Of a stretch of DNA of 64,000 nucleotides, positions 45,831-58,765 are shown piece by piece. Both the position numbers and the translations under genes were made by a program. Position 1 is the stretch's first letter. Each line of letters opens with the position of its first letter. The notes beneath the pieces were generated by a model. That model made no database searches and was not told the origin of the DNA. It saw only the letters and a program-made list of their open reading frames with translations. The stretch is from Haplodiscus bocki (lineage: Eukaryota): NCBI GenBank assembly GCA_965655095.1, contig OZ296655.1, positions 55,800,001 to 55,864,000 of the forward strand, written 5' to 3'.

Positions 45831-48800
45831 CGCTTGCTGTTGGGTCGGACTTGCAAATTGAAAAACGAATTACAGAAAAACTAGTGCGTACATATCGTTG
45901 AGCTCTCTAGCCTTCTTCACTCTAGCGTGGAAAACTGGATAGTGATAGTTTTGTTCTAACTTATTTTCCTCAATTTATACGAACATTAATCTATAATTAG
46001 CTATTGACGCATTACGCCCAATATACTTAGGTCAAGTAGGCCAGGGAGTGAGCCAACTAGTTCCGGACCCACAGTTGGTCATTCCGTGTGGTTTATTAGT
46101 CAAAAGTAAATTCTGAGCTTGCTAAATGCACTTCACATATGTGTTAAAATACTATGTTTTCATGCCTGACTCAATAGAAGTCGTTAACCTGTCATTAAAT
46201 TTGTTTGAAAGACCAAAAATGGTATGACTCCAAACACCAATTTAAAAGTTACTAGGTATCTTTTAGATTCTTCTTGTCAATCATGCTGTCTTGCCCTCAC
46301 GCAGAGAGTGGTAGCATTACAATTTACTGCTGTAGAAATGGAACAATAGCGAGTAGTGGTAGCAATACAGCCTTCAGTAGAAGATTATATCCTCTGTGTA
46401 GAATATTAGTCAGAAGTGTTACTCCTCGAGTCTGAAGAAACTGATACAGTATAAACTCGTCCTATAATGTCTAGTTATATTATTAAACTTAGTTCATTTA
46501 TTATTTGTAATTATAGAGCTTGGAGATGTTATCGACGTAGTCGCAGATCCAGTAATTAGTTTATACTGTAAATAGTACATACACATAACTAGTGTAAATG
46601 TTAGATATGCTGTACTCAGATGTAGATAGTGTAAACATGTTAGTGAAGATAGTGCGTTGAGCTAGATTGTTAATGGTTACATGTAGTACATACTTGTAGA
46701 TAAAACCTTTTCGTTAGCATATCTTTTTTAGTTGCAGCTTTATGGTAGTATCTCATCGTAAATATTTCATAAAAATTTCTCTTGGGCTGGTACTAGTAAT
46801 TAAAATAGCAAACTGGGTAGTGGTCTCTGCGATTTATGCTGGGTTTTGCGATAGATCTGTTCGGACTAATAGATTACTAATTTGGTTTGAGAGGTAAAAT
46901 ACAACTAAAATTACTTTCAGAAAGCTAATGCATTCTTCTGAAAGAGCCTGTTCTGTCGCTCTGTTGCGTTCAAAGAGCTTTAACGAAGACTTCAAATGGC
47001 CCGCTATCTTGAATCGAGACAAACGGAAGCAGATGTGGGACCGTTCCCGAAGTCTGGCGTTGTCTGAGTCTGGAGCGTTGATGTACCAAGGCAAGAAAGT
47101 ACCAAGTTTTGCAGAGTGTTTGGATGCCTTGGGTGACCTTCATCCACCTGAGTTGACAACAGGGCACTCATGTAATCTACGGTCCCATGCCACAATTCCG
47201 GAGTAGAAAGGGTGGAAGTTACAAGCTTTCCTCGTAGGCAACCAAGCTGCTGCTGCTCGGTTGCTGCTCGGTTGGTCATTACATTAATCTGTGTAGACTT
47301 ATAACATCAGTGGTTTGGATCAAGTGTGAAATCAGATCTTGATATATTTTAGAGTTCAACGGGAGTGTATTGTGTGCTTCTTCGTTATCAGACAAGGACA
47401 AACCATCTGTGCCAAGCCTCCTGAAACTTTTCAGCTGAAAAAATGGTGTACTGAGCTTGGGTACACGTTTCACAAGGACACCCTGAATGCACTACGAGGA
47501 CCAAGCTCCACCTTAGAGGAGCCGGAGCCAATTTCGCATCGGTCAAACCTCGCAGAAGGGGATGATGATTGTGCGATCAGCGCACTCCAATATGCGCTGA
47601 CAGGGAAACGTTCGAGTAAGTAAAATTCATACAAAATTCAAAAAATACGGACAGATACATGCAAAAACTGCGCTATTTTAGATCGATAACGAAAGAAAGG
47701 GACGGAGGCGTGCACGAAGATTCCACGACACCTCGTCAAATCGATGCGATCCCCGGAGGTCTTCGAGCTGGCCAAGAAGCATTTCAGGTACTACGTGGCC
47801 ATTTTCGACATTGACGAGAGTCGAACGGGAGGAAGTATTCAGGAGTTTTGGTTAAGTAAATCATCACACAAACCCAAAAAAATGACAAAGTACATGTTGG
47901 AAAATAAAGTGTTTCAGTACCTATGAATCGCATATATGCTTGGCGTGAACTTCCTTGTGTTCTGACAGTACCCAAACGGAAAATGATGGTCTTTCTGGGA
48001 CACAAACTGGGATCACAGAGGGGACATGCAGTCATCTTTAATGCAGTCTATTGCTGGACAGGAACTCGCAACCAACTGGTGGCACAGTACCATACAAGGC
48101 CACTCGCTCTTGAAGACAGGTGAGATAGAACAATGCAGCAAAAGAAGAATGAAAACATTTCCAAACTAAGAAAATCATGGATATTTCAGTGATGACGAGT
48201 CCGAAAAAGAAGAGATGAACGAGTGACCACCTTTAATAGAAACCTCAGCAGCTGCATGATGAAGCTGGGCCATCAACTCCCTAACAAAAAGTCGGGCGAC
48301 ACGAGGTAACGTCGCCGGGCAGGTATGTAAAAAGTTATGATGTAAAATGCGAAATGTAGGAAAAAGATAAATGGATCTTGAAGGTAAGGTAGAATATAAA
48401 TCAACAAGGCAAGGACCAGATAAAGTCTACCGGGGCACACCCTCGAGTGTATGAGGGTATCCAAAAAACAAAAGAGGCGGAATTGCCACATTCAGGAAGT
48501 AAAATAAGCACGAGACGGCAAAATCATGCAGAAAATTGAGGTATAATTACTCGCAAAAGGAAGTAAAATGGTAAAAGGACACCCAGTATGAATACAGGAT
48601 GGGTGCAAATGGACTCCAACCGAAACGAATAGGGTCAAGGATATAAGAAAAAGCCTGCCCAAGCATTAAAACATGGTCAAAAGGACAAAAACAGACAAAA
48701 CTTGACCATTTCAGAGGGTTTTTGGGCATAGCGCAACCATTGCCAAGCAAAATTAAACGATCAATTTGGGCAACCGTAAGGGTATTATTGTGACCTAGGG

Positions 48801-50329
48801 CACCTCACTAGTGCACGATGAAAGTTTGGGGTCGATTGGATAACTAGAAGTATGAAAACGTGGAAAAATCCTAGGATGTCAGGTATAAAAGAAATAACGG
48901 TCAAATTTCGGTTAAAACTCAAGTATACCGCTTGAGAAGAAGTCACCAACCACCTGAAAATGGCGTGGAAGAATCACGCAAAGGTAGATTCGTGAGCATG
49001 GAGGGAGAAAGAATCCCAGGGATTAGAAAAACATGTATAATAGCACTAAGAATATATACTGTAGGGATAGAGATCGGAAAAAAGAGGGAGGACATGAGTT
49101 ATCAGCTCCACAAAAATTACAACTACAGGGAGAATTAAAACCTCAAACAAGCATCATGTCCGAACCGCGAGAAGCCAGGGATACGATAAATATACTGTAA
49201 GCTACTGATAAACAAAAAAATGAACACCCTGCGAAAACGCAACGTGAGCAAGATGATCAAGAACGCAAGTAAGAAATTCATCGTCAAAGTCAAAATGATT
49301 AGAATCTAAAGCAAGAGTAGAAAATGAAAAGTCACGTGTTATGTAGGAAAATGCAGAGAAGGCCCGCATGAGCGTCTGTAAGCGTTCCCGCTGAAATGTT
49401 GAAGAACGAGTGACTAGATAAAATAAAACTAGATAACCGCCATGATCGAGGATTGGTATGACTGTATCAATCGGAAGGAACGTGTAGTATTGCAAAGCAG
49501 AATTCCAAGGTTCATTGAGTCATGAAAACGAAGGATTATGTGAATAGTGTTGAAAATGATCACCGTCAATACAATGAATGATCGGTCAGCGAGAACATGA
49601 AATGGTTTTGTCCATCAACGTAATGTTAAAAGTCAAAGACGAAGACAAAACATTAATACTATCAGCATCACCTGTTGTGTGCTGCAAGGAAGAGTGTGTG
49701 GACTTCCCTTTAGTGTATTTCTGAATGCTTGCACGGACTTGACAAAGTATAGTCGCCCGCGAAGGAGTTTTTAATACACGGTTACGTAAAATGGACCTGT
49801 GAATCAAATCACGTTTTGCAAAACGTGATTTGATTCACTAGTAGCCGTCGACAAATCCAAGGAAAGAGGCAATGAAGAAGCAGCAAGTGTGGCACCAGCA
49901 GCCAATGCGGTTGGAAGCTCGTAAACAGGAATCGTTGAAAAAGAAAAAATTTTCTTTCGTGGATTAAATGTAACTGTACGCCTAGCAGTGGAGGATGAAG
50001 GCGTCTCTGGAGCTGGTATACGGCTAGTCGTAGACCGAAGACGCAACGTCATAGGAGCAGGGGGCGAAACCTCCTCAGCGGGGATAGAGGACTGCTCATC
50101 ACCCGACAAGTAGAAGTATTCGAGTCACTACTGCTAAATTCCGGCGGATCAAAATGTGGATCAGCTGGAGTCGGAGGTAAAGTCACCGGCCCAGGTGGAG
50201 GAGCTGCTCGAAACGAGAGGGAAACGGTCACGGGAGGTGGTGATGTACTACGCGGAGGTAGAGATTCGGAATCCTCAATAAACAAAGCAGGAAATTGTGC
50301 GTCAAAACATCCGGTTCCTGGATTGTAGA

Positions 50330-53300
50330 TCGAGAAGAAGGATCCGGTTGGCAATTTACCGGATCAACAGTGTCTAAGTCATCAGGAGGACTATGAGGTG
50401 AGACAGAGCGCAATCGAATACGAGGTACGCACTGCGTATAATCAGTACCCACTTTTCGTACAAATAAGTTTGAGTGAGTAAGAACCTTTTAAACACGGTA
50501 CAAAGGAATCCAAGTTTGCCAGGATTTCGGAGTACCCGCTTTTTGTGTTCAAAACTTTGGATTCAAAATCAAACAAAACTGGTGCAATTGAAGTGGTTTA
50601 GCAGACGCTTTGCGATCATAATAGGAGAGATAACGGTGGTAGGATTCAATAAGTTTCCGTTGAGTCAACTCAAATTTTCGTAACATCGCGTCCTGAAGTT
50701 CCCGCACGTCAGAACTAGCTTCGAGTGCTTCTCAAGCTTGTGAAAAACGTGAATCCAAACGTTTAAAAGGCTCACGCCCATGAAAAAAAGTAGACAGACT
50801 ACAGCCTATCGCAGAGTGATAGATAGTATTATCAATAAACGTAGCTAATGGGACATATTTATACCAATCACTTAAATGCTCGTCAGTATTACATTGCGAA
50901 AATCGATTAAGCATAGCGTGTGAACGCCCAACTACACCTATCGTCTGAGGATGCTTAAGGGACGCATGTTCTAAATTAATTTCAGGTAAGGTGGGCAATT
51001 CTTCAATCAATTCAGTCGTAAAGTTCGTACCCAAGTCAGTTACAATAGTACGAGGAATATACCTCTGTTGAAAGAATTGAACAAGTTCACAAGCAACCGT
51101 ATCAGCACTGGCGTTAGTGAGAGGGACAGCAAACAAGTACTTGGTAAAGACATCAACACCTGTGAGGACAAACTTATACACTGAACTCTGTCATGGTCCA
51201 ACCAAATCTGCTTGGAACATATCACCCGGAAAAGACAGTAGAGTAGTCAATGACTCTAGTAGTGGGCGATAATGCTTGTTCTGGACACGTTTAAGCTAAA
51301 GACAAGTCAGACGGTTCTTGATTAAATGTGCATGATGTTCCATAAAATTGGGATAATAAAACCGCTCTCGAAATTGATGAATCGTTTAAACCATGCCTAA
51401 ATGGCATGCAGTGGCGGAATTATGAAGACGGTAAATAGTCTCTTTCCACAAATGTTTAGGAACACAAAACTGTTCAGCTTGGACGGCGAATACAGCGTCA
51501 AAAAACTGGCGGTAAAGAAATCCATCCTTAACTACTAATCGATCAAAATGTTTGGAGTACTTGCGTAATTGAGTATTCGTATACTATAACGAAGGAGCCA
51601 AGTTGGCCTCTTTCCAACGCAAAACCTCCTGGATATCAGGATCTTTTGCTTGTTCCTGAGCCAGATTCAATTTTGAAAACTCACCCGACGATAAAAAGAA
51701 TTCCATAGGATCAGGTTCGTGGACAACAATAAGACAGGAGCGCTTCGGAATCAGAAAGACTAAGCCAGCTACTAACGAATCATCAGCCCGTGGTTGATGC
51801 TGCCGTTTTTGGACATAAACTTAATAAACTCCCAAAAAGTTTAACTGGTCTTCTAATTGAGGGTCTAAACACTCTTCCGGGAAAAGTTCATCAAACGACT
51901 CAAAATGAGCCAAGGAAGCATCTGGTTGTTTTGCTACAGTGTCGATCTCTATTTCGCGCACAGGCTTTTTATCAGTCAATTTGAACTCAATATGTGCGGA
52001 ACTATCAGTTTCCATACGTGACAAAAAATCGGCTGCATAATTTGCACGACCAGGAATGTGAGCAATCGTTAGATTGAAAGATAGAACCCTATCTGAACAA
52101 TTGAAGAACAACGAAGGCGGTATCGGTTTTGATTGAAAAAATCGCAAGACTTTTTTTGTCAGGTAAAATGATGACCGGTTTACTAATTTCCCAAAGATAT
52201 TGTGCAGAAGTGTCTGAATCAAAAAAAGAACAAGGAATTCCTAATAATAGATTGAAAATTTGAGTTGAGCGGTATCAAACAAGTGAGACCCAAAAGAGAC
52301 CGGGGCATAACTTTCCTTGCCAGAGGGTAAAACTTTCGTTTCATCCTCAACCATTAAAACGAATCCGGCTCCATGATAACTTGCATCACACAGGAGTACA
52401 TATTTTAAACTTGGTTTAGCCAACCGAAGTGTCGTTTTGGTCGCATCAAGTATGTCTCGTTTAAGAAGTTCAAGTGCGCAGCATGTGTTTCATCAACTTC
52501 AAGAGACGCGTCTTTCTTCAATAACTTATAGGGAATACTATATTTGGAATAAGGTAGCGTGATAAGTCCAAAATAATGGAGAAATGCTAGTTGAACATGT
52601 AATCCATCTCGCTAATAAATCGCAGTCAGCGGACCTTGTGTAAAATCTGATTCCTGATGTTCCGGTGTCAAGTTGGCTTTAAATTTCGTATTATAACCGA
52701 TGTCAAAGCGATGTTCAGCGAACACGTCATGATATTTGACTAGGAGTTGTTCCACCTGTGAACGTTGTTCCTCTGTTAAGACGGATTTCTCCAATGGAAA
52801 TTGATCCGAAAACGCCTATCGATCTGTCCCGTTAGTCTGTGGATCCCACTTTTCCATTTGCTTAAGGTTCAAAATCTGATCGAAAAATTCGCGGTGAATC
52901 GGTGTAAGTTGATTAGGATCACTACATGTCTCAGGAGTCGGAAAGCAAAATGTTTGATATTCCGGCTCCAGTGTCAGAGATTGTAAAGGACCAACAAAAT
53001 TTTCGTCACGAAGAAGTTGGTTAATCGTCGAATCAAAGTGACGAGGACCAAAACTATATGCAACATTAAGTGAATTTGGATCAATCGGAGTCAATTTAAC
53101 TATCTGATCAACTGTCAAAATAGCAAATTTCGATAATTCCGCGTTGCGAGTATTCGTCACTGGATGATCGGTTATTTCAAAAGAATCAGATATAGCAAAT
53201 TGTCTTTTTCTACAGTGCTCAATGAAGACATAATAGATATATCAAATTCGCGTTCTAGATTATCATAGCACTAAATTCAGTCAGTACGTCACTCGTTCTA

Positions 53301-53812
53301 AAAGTACATTGAACTGTCTTCTGTTCATACGACGGTATTATATTTTTCTTGCATTTACTACAGAAACCTTGGCTGCTTCAATTGTCCTGCGAGGACCATC
53401 TTATGGTTTGATTTCATTAATGTGGACCACTAAACCTGGAAAGCAAAGAAGATTTTTTGCAGGTCTAATAGTAACGTCACGTTTAACAAAAAACCGGTCG
53501 ACCAAGTGTAATAGGTGTTGTCGTTTCTAGGATAAGGAAAGGTTCCCTGAAAACGAGCTGTGCGAATTTAAATGTGACAAATACTTCGCCAATAACTTTC
53601 ACTCTACTGCCAATTGCCTTTCGTGCTTCGTATTTTTCTACTAAATGTCGTGTACGCGGTGCATTTACTAATTCTTGATAAAATGTTTTCATTATTAGAT
53701 TTTCACACGCGCCTGCATCTACTAGTGCACGTCGGCTAATAGTTGCATCAAACGACATTTCAATATAAGATAATACTGATGTTCGCACTTCAGTAATATT
53801 ATGTAAAAGCAA
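50330..53812 (-). pseudogene. pol: pol remnant: protease, RT N-terminus (catalytic core deleted), RNase H, integrase
   Basis: ALVDAGA (protease), LLVKYHDVF (RT start), CDASYHGAGFVL and IAHIPGRANYAADFLSR (RNase H), LHNSATACHLG, VDVFTKYLFAVP, IVTDLGTNF and KHPQTIG (integrase). Confidence 0.92.
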
Positions 53813-53973
53813 TGTTTTCTGAGTTATAGCATGAGGTACATGTTGTGTTTGTGATTTATTAAAAGACTTAAGACTAAAAAGATTGGTTACATGTACATAA
53901 GAAAAGGGTGGTTCTACAGGTTTTTTGGATTACGAATAAATGGAAAACGCACACCTGATTGCGCATTTCGCTT

Positions 53974-55165
53974 TTAGACTGCGCATTGACTTGCTTTGTG
54001 ATTCGGGTAACCACAATTATGGCAAACAATCGATGAAGACCTTGTAATAGGCATATGTTGTGTTACTGTTGCTGGTTCTGATGCTGTTGTCTGTTTGTGC
54101 TTTGCAGCTGGTTGTATACTGGTGTGTACCAACCATTTGCATTAGGAGAACCTCTAAACATCTGGTTACCACCAAAATTTTGTCCCAAATACGGAGTATT
54201 CCCAGACCACTGACGTTGTTGTCGTGGTCTATGATTATTGGTTGAAAATCTCCAAGGTCGATGTCGGAGATTTTTAGGATCCTCTTGATTCTGCCCTAGA
54301 CGAACCTGTTGGTCATAGGGAAATGAGGTTTGCCGTGTGTTTTGTTTTGTGTTTGATTCATCACTTTGGTGCTTGAAATTTTCTTGTTGTTTGGTTACAT
54401 TGTTACTCATGTCGATCATTTTGTTTTGGAGATTTTCTTGAATTTGGCTAATTTTGGTAAGAACATTGATGAGAGTAACTGGTAGTAACTGGTACTTGTT
54501 TTTCGACCTTATTTAATTAATCCATCTTCTGGATAATCTTCTTTTCTACACATGTCTCCAACTGTAGCTTGTATACAAGCAAATGCATATAGATCATGGA
54601 TTGTATCTGTTGCCGGTCGTTCCATCAATTTCGGCCGTAGCCATCCTAGCATTGCTTTTACGAAAACACGTCTAATTTGGTTATTTTTAAAGGTTTCCGC
54701 TTCTGCTAATGTTGCATTCGTTGCTGTGTGTTGCAAATCTAGCAGCTTCTACTGCAGCATCAGGTGCATGTGGGTTTATTGGAGTGACCGCTGGCACTAC
54801 TGGCGTTGGATATGCCTTTTCTTGCAAGTGCTTCTAATTGCACGAGAAAATTTTCTGGTGTATCTGTTTTTGTATCGAATTGTTGGTTTTCTAATTTAGG
54901 TACATGAATTTTTTGTAATTCGTTGTCAACGAACCTAGTTCTTAATGCGTCAAGACTTCAATCTGAGTCGTTCTGAATACTATTACTGGTAATTGTTGAA
55001 AAAAACTCAGTGCATTGTTTTTCAAAAATACGTGCAAAAAATTCGCTTGTTGTGGTCCTGCAATTCCTGCTACACCAATTATTCCTCTCAATTACTCTTC
55101 GAATTGATTGAAGCCTTCTTTCGTTTTTCGGAAAATGCTGTGACTTACGTTCGCATGTGCCATAG
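53974..55165 (-). pseudogene. gag: gag remnant with CCHC zinc knuckle
   Basis: CHNCGYPNHKASQC (CX2CX4HX4C) at 53983-54024, IRRVFVKAMLGWLRPKLME capsid-like segment, and a Q/N-rich nucleocapsid region. Confidence 0.8.
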
Positions 55166-55624
55166 TTTCACACTTTTCGCTGCGTCAATTTCGTCAACGA
55201 TTCACACTGTTCACCATAAGTCCTTTCAGTACTTCAAGCAGATTACCCCGTTTAGATTATTAGGCGACTTTAGCACAAATGATCAAGCATTTTGGCGCCA
55301 AAAATAAGATTTAAGTGATTGAAAAAGCAAAACATATTATTGTAACTAACAGTTTATCTGCACATCAATGTGTGTTTGTGTTCATATTACCATTGTTACT
55401 CCCAGTAGATGATACCGAATGCTGTAGTTTTGCTGCAAATGCTGCTACAGGGAGTCATTTCTGTTTCCATTCTGCATTCGTGTAGTCATTAATGAAGTCC
55501 CATTAGTTGATGTGTGTCTCGTTGTTATTGATGTTGTTGTATGCCCCAATGTATTCTTAGGTTGTCCTCATCCAAAGGAGTGAAAGAAGTGAATGTCGTG
55601 GTTGTTAAAAATGGTTCGGTTTGT

Positions 55625-55639
55625 GCTCGACTGTCACCA
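55625..55639 (-). promoter_or_regulatory. Putative tRNA primer-binding site (TGGTGACAGTCG...)
   Basis: TGG (complement of tRNA CCA) abuts the 5' LTR end. The priming tRNA was not identified. Confidence 0.65.
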
Positions 55640-56220
55640 TATCAAGAGCTTGCTTTGTGCGTTCTTGTTACATTCGATGAGATCAGATTTTGTCAATTTT
55701 GAGCGGAAAGCACTGCTTTAGAGAGTATCTTAGGAGGCCATTTACGATGGCCTTGTTTCTGGAACTCCAATTTCTCCTCTTCAAGAGATGTTTCAAAATG
55801 ACGATGAAAGTAGGATTTTCAATTCAACTATTCTCGAATCTTTTCTTTTCTTTTGCGTCGTTCTAATTTTCTGTTCTTTTCTTTAATAATCGAGTCAAAT
55901 ATTTACGTACAAAATACATATGAAATATCAAATATGAAAGTTGAAATGTTCAGGTAAACTCAAGTTCTTCCGTAGACTTTTCCACTGGGAGAGGGGGTGC
56001 TGTATTTGTCTGTAATTACATCTGTGTACCAGCACTCTTGTTTCGAAGATGTTGTTCTCTTCAACTTCCTTTCCAGGACTTTGATATAATCATGAGCCAT
56101 CCATCAATCAATCGTGATTTGACCTTTTTAGGTAGAGTTCGTTCACTTTACATATATAAACTAAATCTTTATATATTTTAAATAATACCCAGTATGACGT
56201 ATTTTTTCAGGTACGTCACA
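55640..56220 (-). repeat. 5' LTR of element B (TG...TA)
   Basis: Direct repeat of 42587-43167; starts TGTGACGTAC with a TGACGTA/TACGTCA hairpin. Confidence 0.95.
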
Positions 56221-58128
56221 ATTATGAATTACTCGAATTCCACCGAATATTTTCCCCAAAAAAATAGCTTCAAATACTCTGAAAGATTGATATTTTGTAC
56301 ATTCTTGCTTAGAAGCATTCTCTTGATAATGGAACTTTCAAGGAGTGCAAAGTGTCGTTAATACTTTTTGGAACCAGTCTTTAAAGGCACATGTGGACAA
56401 TTTTAGCAGGGAGATTACGTATTATAAGATCTAGAAGGAATACCCAAGATGTGTATTCAATTACCAATACTGATTTTTCATTAGTAAATCTCGACGTTCT
56501 AAGTCCATATTTGAGCCACGACACCAGAACTTTGCAAAAAGCAGAAATGGGAACACAAAATAAAGCCGAAAACAACTCAAGTCAACACTTTCTTTAGTTT
56601 CAGGACAAAAAACTTTTCCTATTGAGAAAGGCTGCTCAGGGAATGATGGAACTTACTATTTCAAAACAATCCAGGAAGGCTCACTCGTCTCAATTGTGTT
56701 TTCGGAAAATTTTGAGGTTTACGGGTTTCTATGCCTGGTATCACTACATTTTCTGTTTTTAGTCTCGCTGAAGCACATTTTGATGGATGACTATGGGGGA
56801 GGGGGGGGGTAGCGCGAAACACTTCGGATCGTCGAAAAGTCAGACAATTTTTCAAACAAGGGAAGCAAGTTTGTATATTTGTCGAGAAACATGGTTCAAA
56901 AATAAACAGTTTGCGTGGCTCGAATATCGAAGCAAAAGCAATTATAAGTTGGAGGAATCAGAAACTATGTGGAAAAATTTGAATTATTCAACTTGGATTT
57001 AAATTTCAAGCAAAATCATTCCGAAAATTGACCTGAAGTCTTTTGAAATTTCGAAATCAATATTCGGAGGGGGAATCAATATTCGGAGGGAGGGGGGTAT
57101 TGACTACCCAGGCTTGATATCACATTACTTTGAAAAGCTGAGAAATTGTACTGAAACATTTTGGTGGGAAAAAAATTATATTTTTTCTCGGACTTAGAGC
57201 CAAAAATTTTCGGACTTGGGCCAAAAAATTTTCAGCAATGTCGAAACAGCATTCTCCGTGTGCAGAGGAACATTTTAGGGTTTCTGAAAAATTTGTTACA
57301 CACGCAGATATCTTCACTCCGAATTGGCAAATCACGAGAAAGAAAAAGTCTCTGCAAACTGAGGGAATGATCTTCCTTTCGTGATGCTACGGCGAAAAAT
57401 GAAAAAGCGAAAAACTATATCTCCTAACATTCGACGCTATGCATGTGTTCTAGTTAATGAACTATAATTACAAACCAACTCAATTTTTACAAATAATGCC
57501 AGGAGTATCTGAAATATGTATTTTTTTTTAATGTTGAGCTTTCTTCTACATCTCCAAAAAATGCTCAAGGAAGAAACTTCAGTGAATGATCAAATGCACC
57601 CCATAAACGCCAATGTCTGTCACTGCTGAGCTTTATTTACGTTTTTGGTTGCTTCAGCTTGAATGAAAAATTTTTTCTCAGCCTACAAAGCTCAAATTAT
57701 ACAGGCAACGACATATGTCGATGCATTTTTGACGTCAGCACGTTTTTTCAGTCAGAATTGAACTGCAGTATTTCCTTAGTTAATAAGTAATTATGTTGCT
57801 TGTTTAGATATATGTTTTAAGCATGAAGATGATATGATAACACTGCTATTAAGATAAGTTGCGAAAGTTTGATTCAATTTATTCTGATCGCCAACTCTGC
57901 TTTACCCAGATTTATCGTCAAATCCCTCCTAACTGCGAGGGCAAAATGGTCCAAACAAGCCAGAAACGGCCCACGTGGGCGCCGTTTGCACGAGTCAAAA
58001 AATGTATCGGGATCCCTTTTTGGGTGTCATAAAATTTGATCTATGCGCTTATCATGAAAATTTTCATCGGAGGGGGCGGTGGTGGCGGCTAAAAACTAAA
58101 ATTGAACGTTTTTTTTTTCAAAAAAATG

Positions 58129-58530
58129 GGACTTACCTAATCTCGAGGAGCCCCCATCTATGGCTCAAAAACTTTTTATGTTACCCTTCAGACCAAGGGG
58201 CATGGTTAGCTGAAAAATCAGGGGGTGGCGGAATCATAGAAATACAGAAAAATCCAAAAATGAACATTTTCCCGAAATAAAAAACTGGACTTACCTGATC
58301 TCGAAACCCTTTCTATGGCTCAAAGACATTTCGTCCAGCCCTCTAGACTAACGGACTGGGTAGAAAAATTTTTGGGTTGTTAGAACCATGTTTAAAAAAA
58401 CATCCCGAAAAACATACGTATTCATGAAAAGCTTTTTGGCATCACCAAGTCTCGATCCCGTATCCATAGCTTGAGGAGATTTTACTACCCTCTAGACCAC
58501 CGTGCCAATCACTTGGGGTTGGGTGCGTAG
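58129..58530. repeat. Three diverged ~155-bp tandem units
   Basis: GGACTTACCT.ATCTCGA...CTATGGCTCAAA...CCCT..AGAC at 58129, 58288 and ~58438. Confidence 0.7.
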
Positions 58531-58765
58531 GAATTCTGTAAACTTCGTCGATTGCAGAGGTCTTCTAAAAATAACATCGACGAATGTTTGCCACAATCGC
58601 CAAGAAAAATTTTCATCAGCGCTGCTTGGATAATCGGTTGATCCCGAGGTTCCTACCTTTTCGAATTCCTGCAAACGAGGTTTTCAGCGATAGATCATTG
58701 AACACGTTCGTTTTAATTGAGGCTCCTGCGCACTGAATTGAACCAAATCAAAGTAACTCTGAAAA

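Larger units (their letters stand above)
42587..56220 (-). mobile_element. Gypsy LTR retrotransposon B with env-like gene (errantivirus-like layout), 13.6 kb, internally degenerate
   Basis: Two 581-bp direct LTRs, 5-bp TSD ATTAT (42582-42586 and 56221-56225), PBS TGG directly after the 5' LTR, and order gag-PR-(RT)-RH-IN-env on the minus strand. Confidence 0.93.

Noticed and set aside
55290-55303. TGGCGCCAAA as the PBS of element B
   Set aside because: The LTR end fixed by the direct repeat and the ATTAT TSD is at 55640, with its own adjacent TGG. This site is ~340 bp inside.
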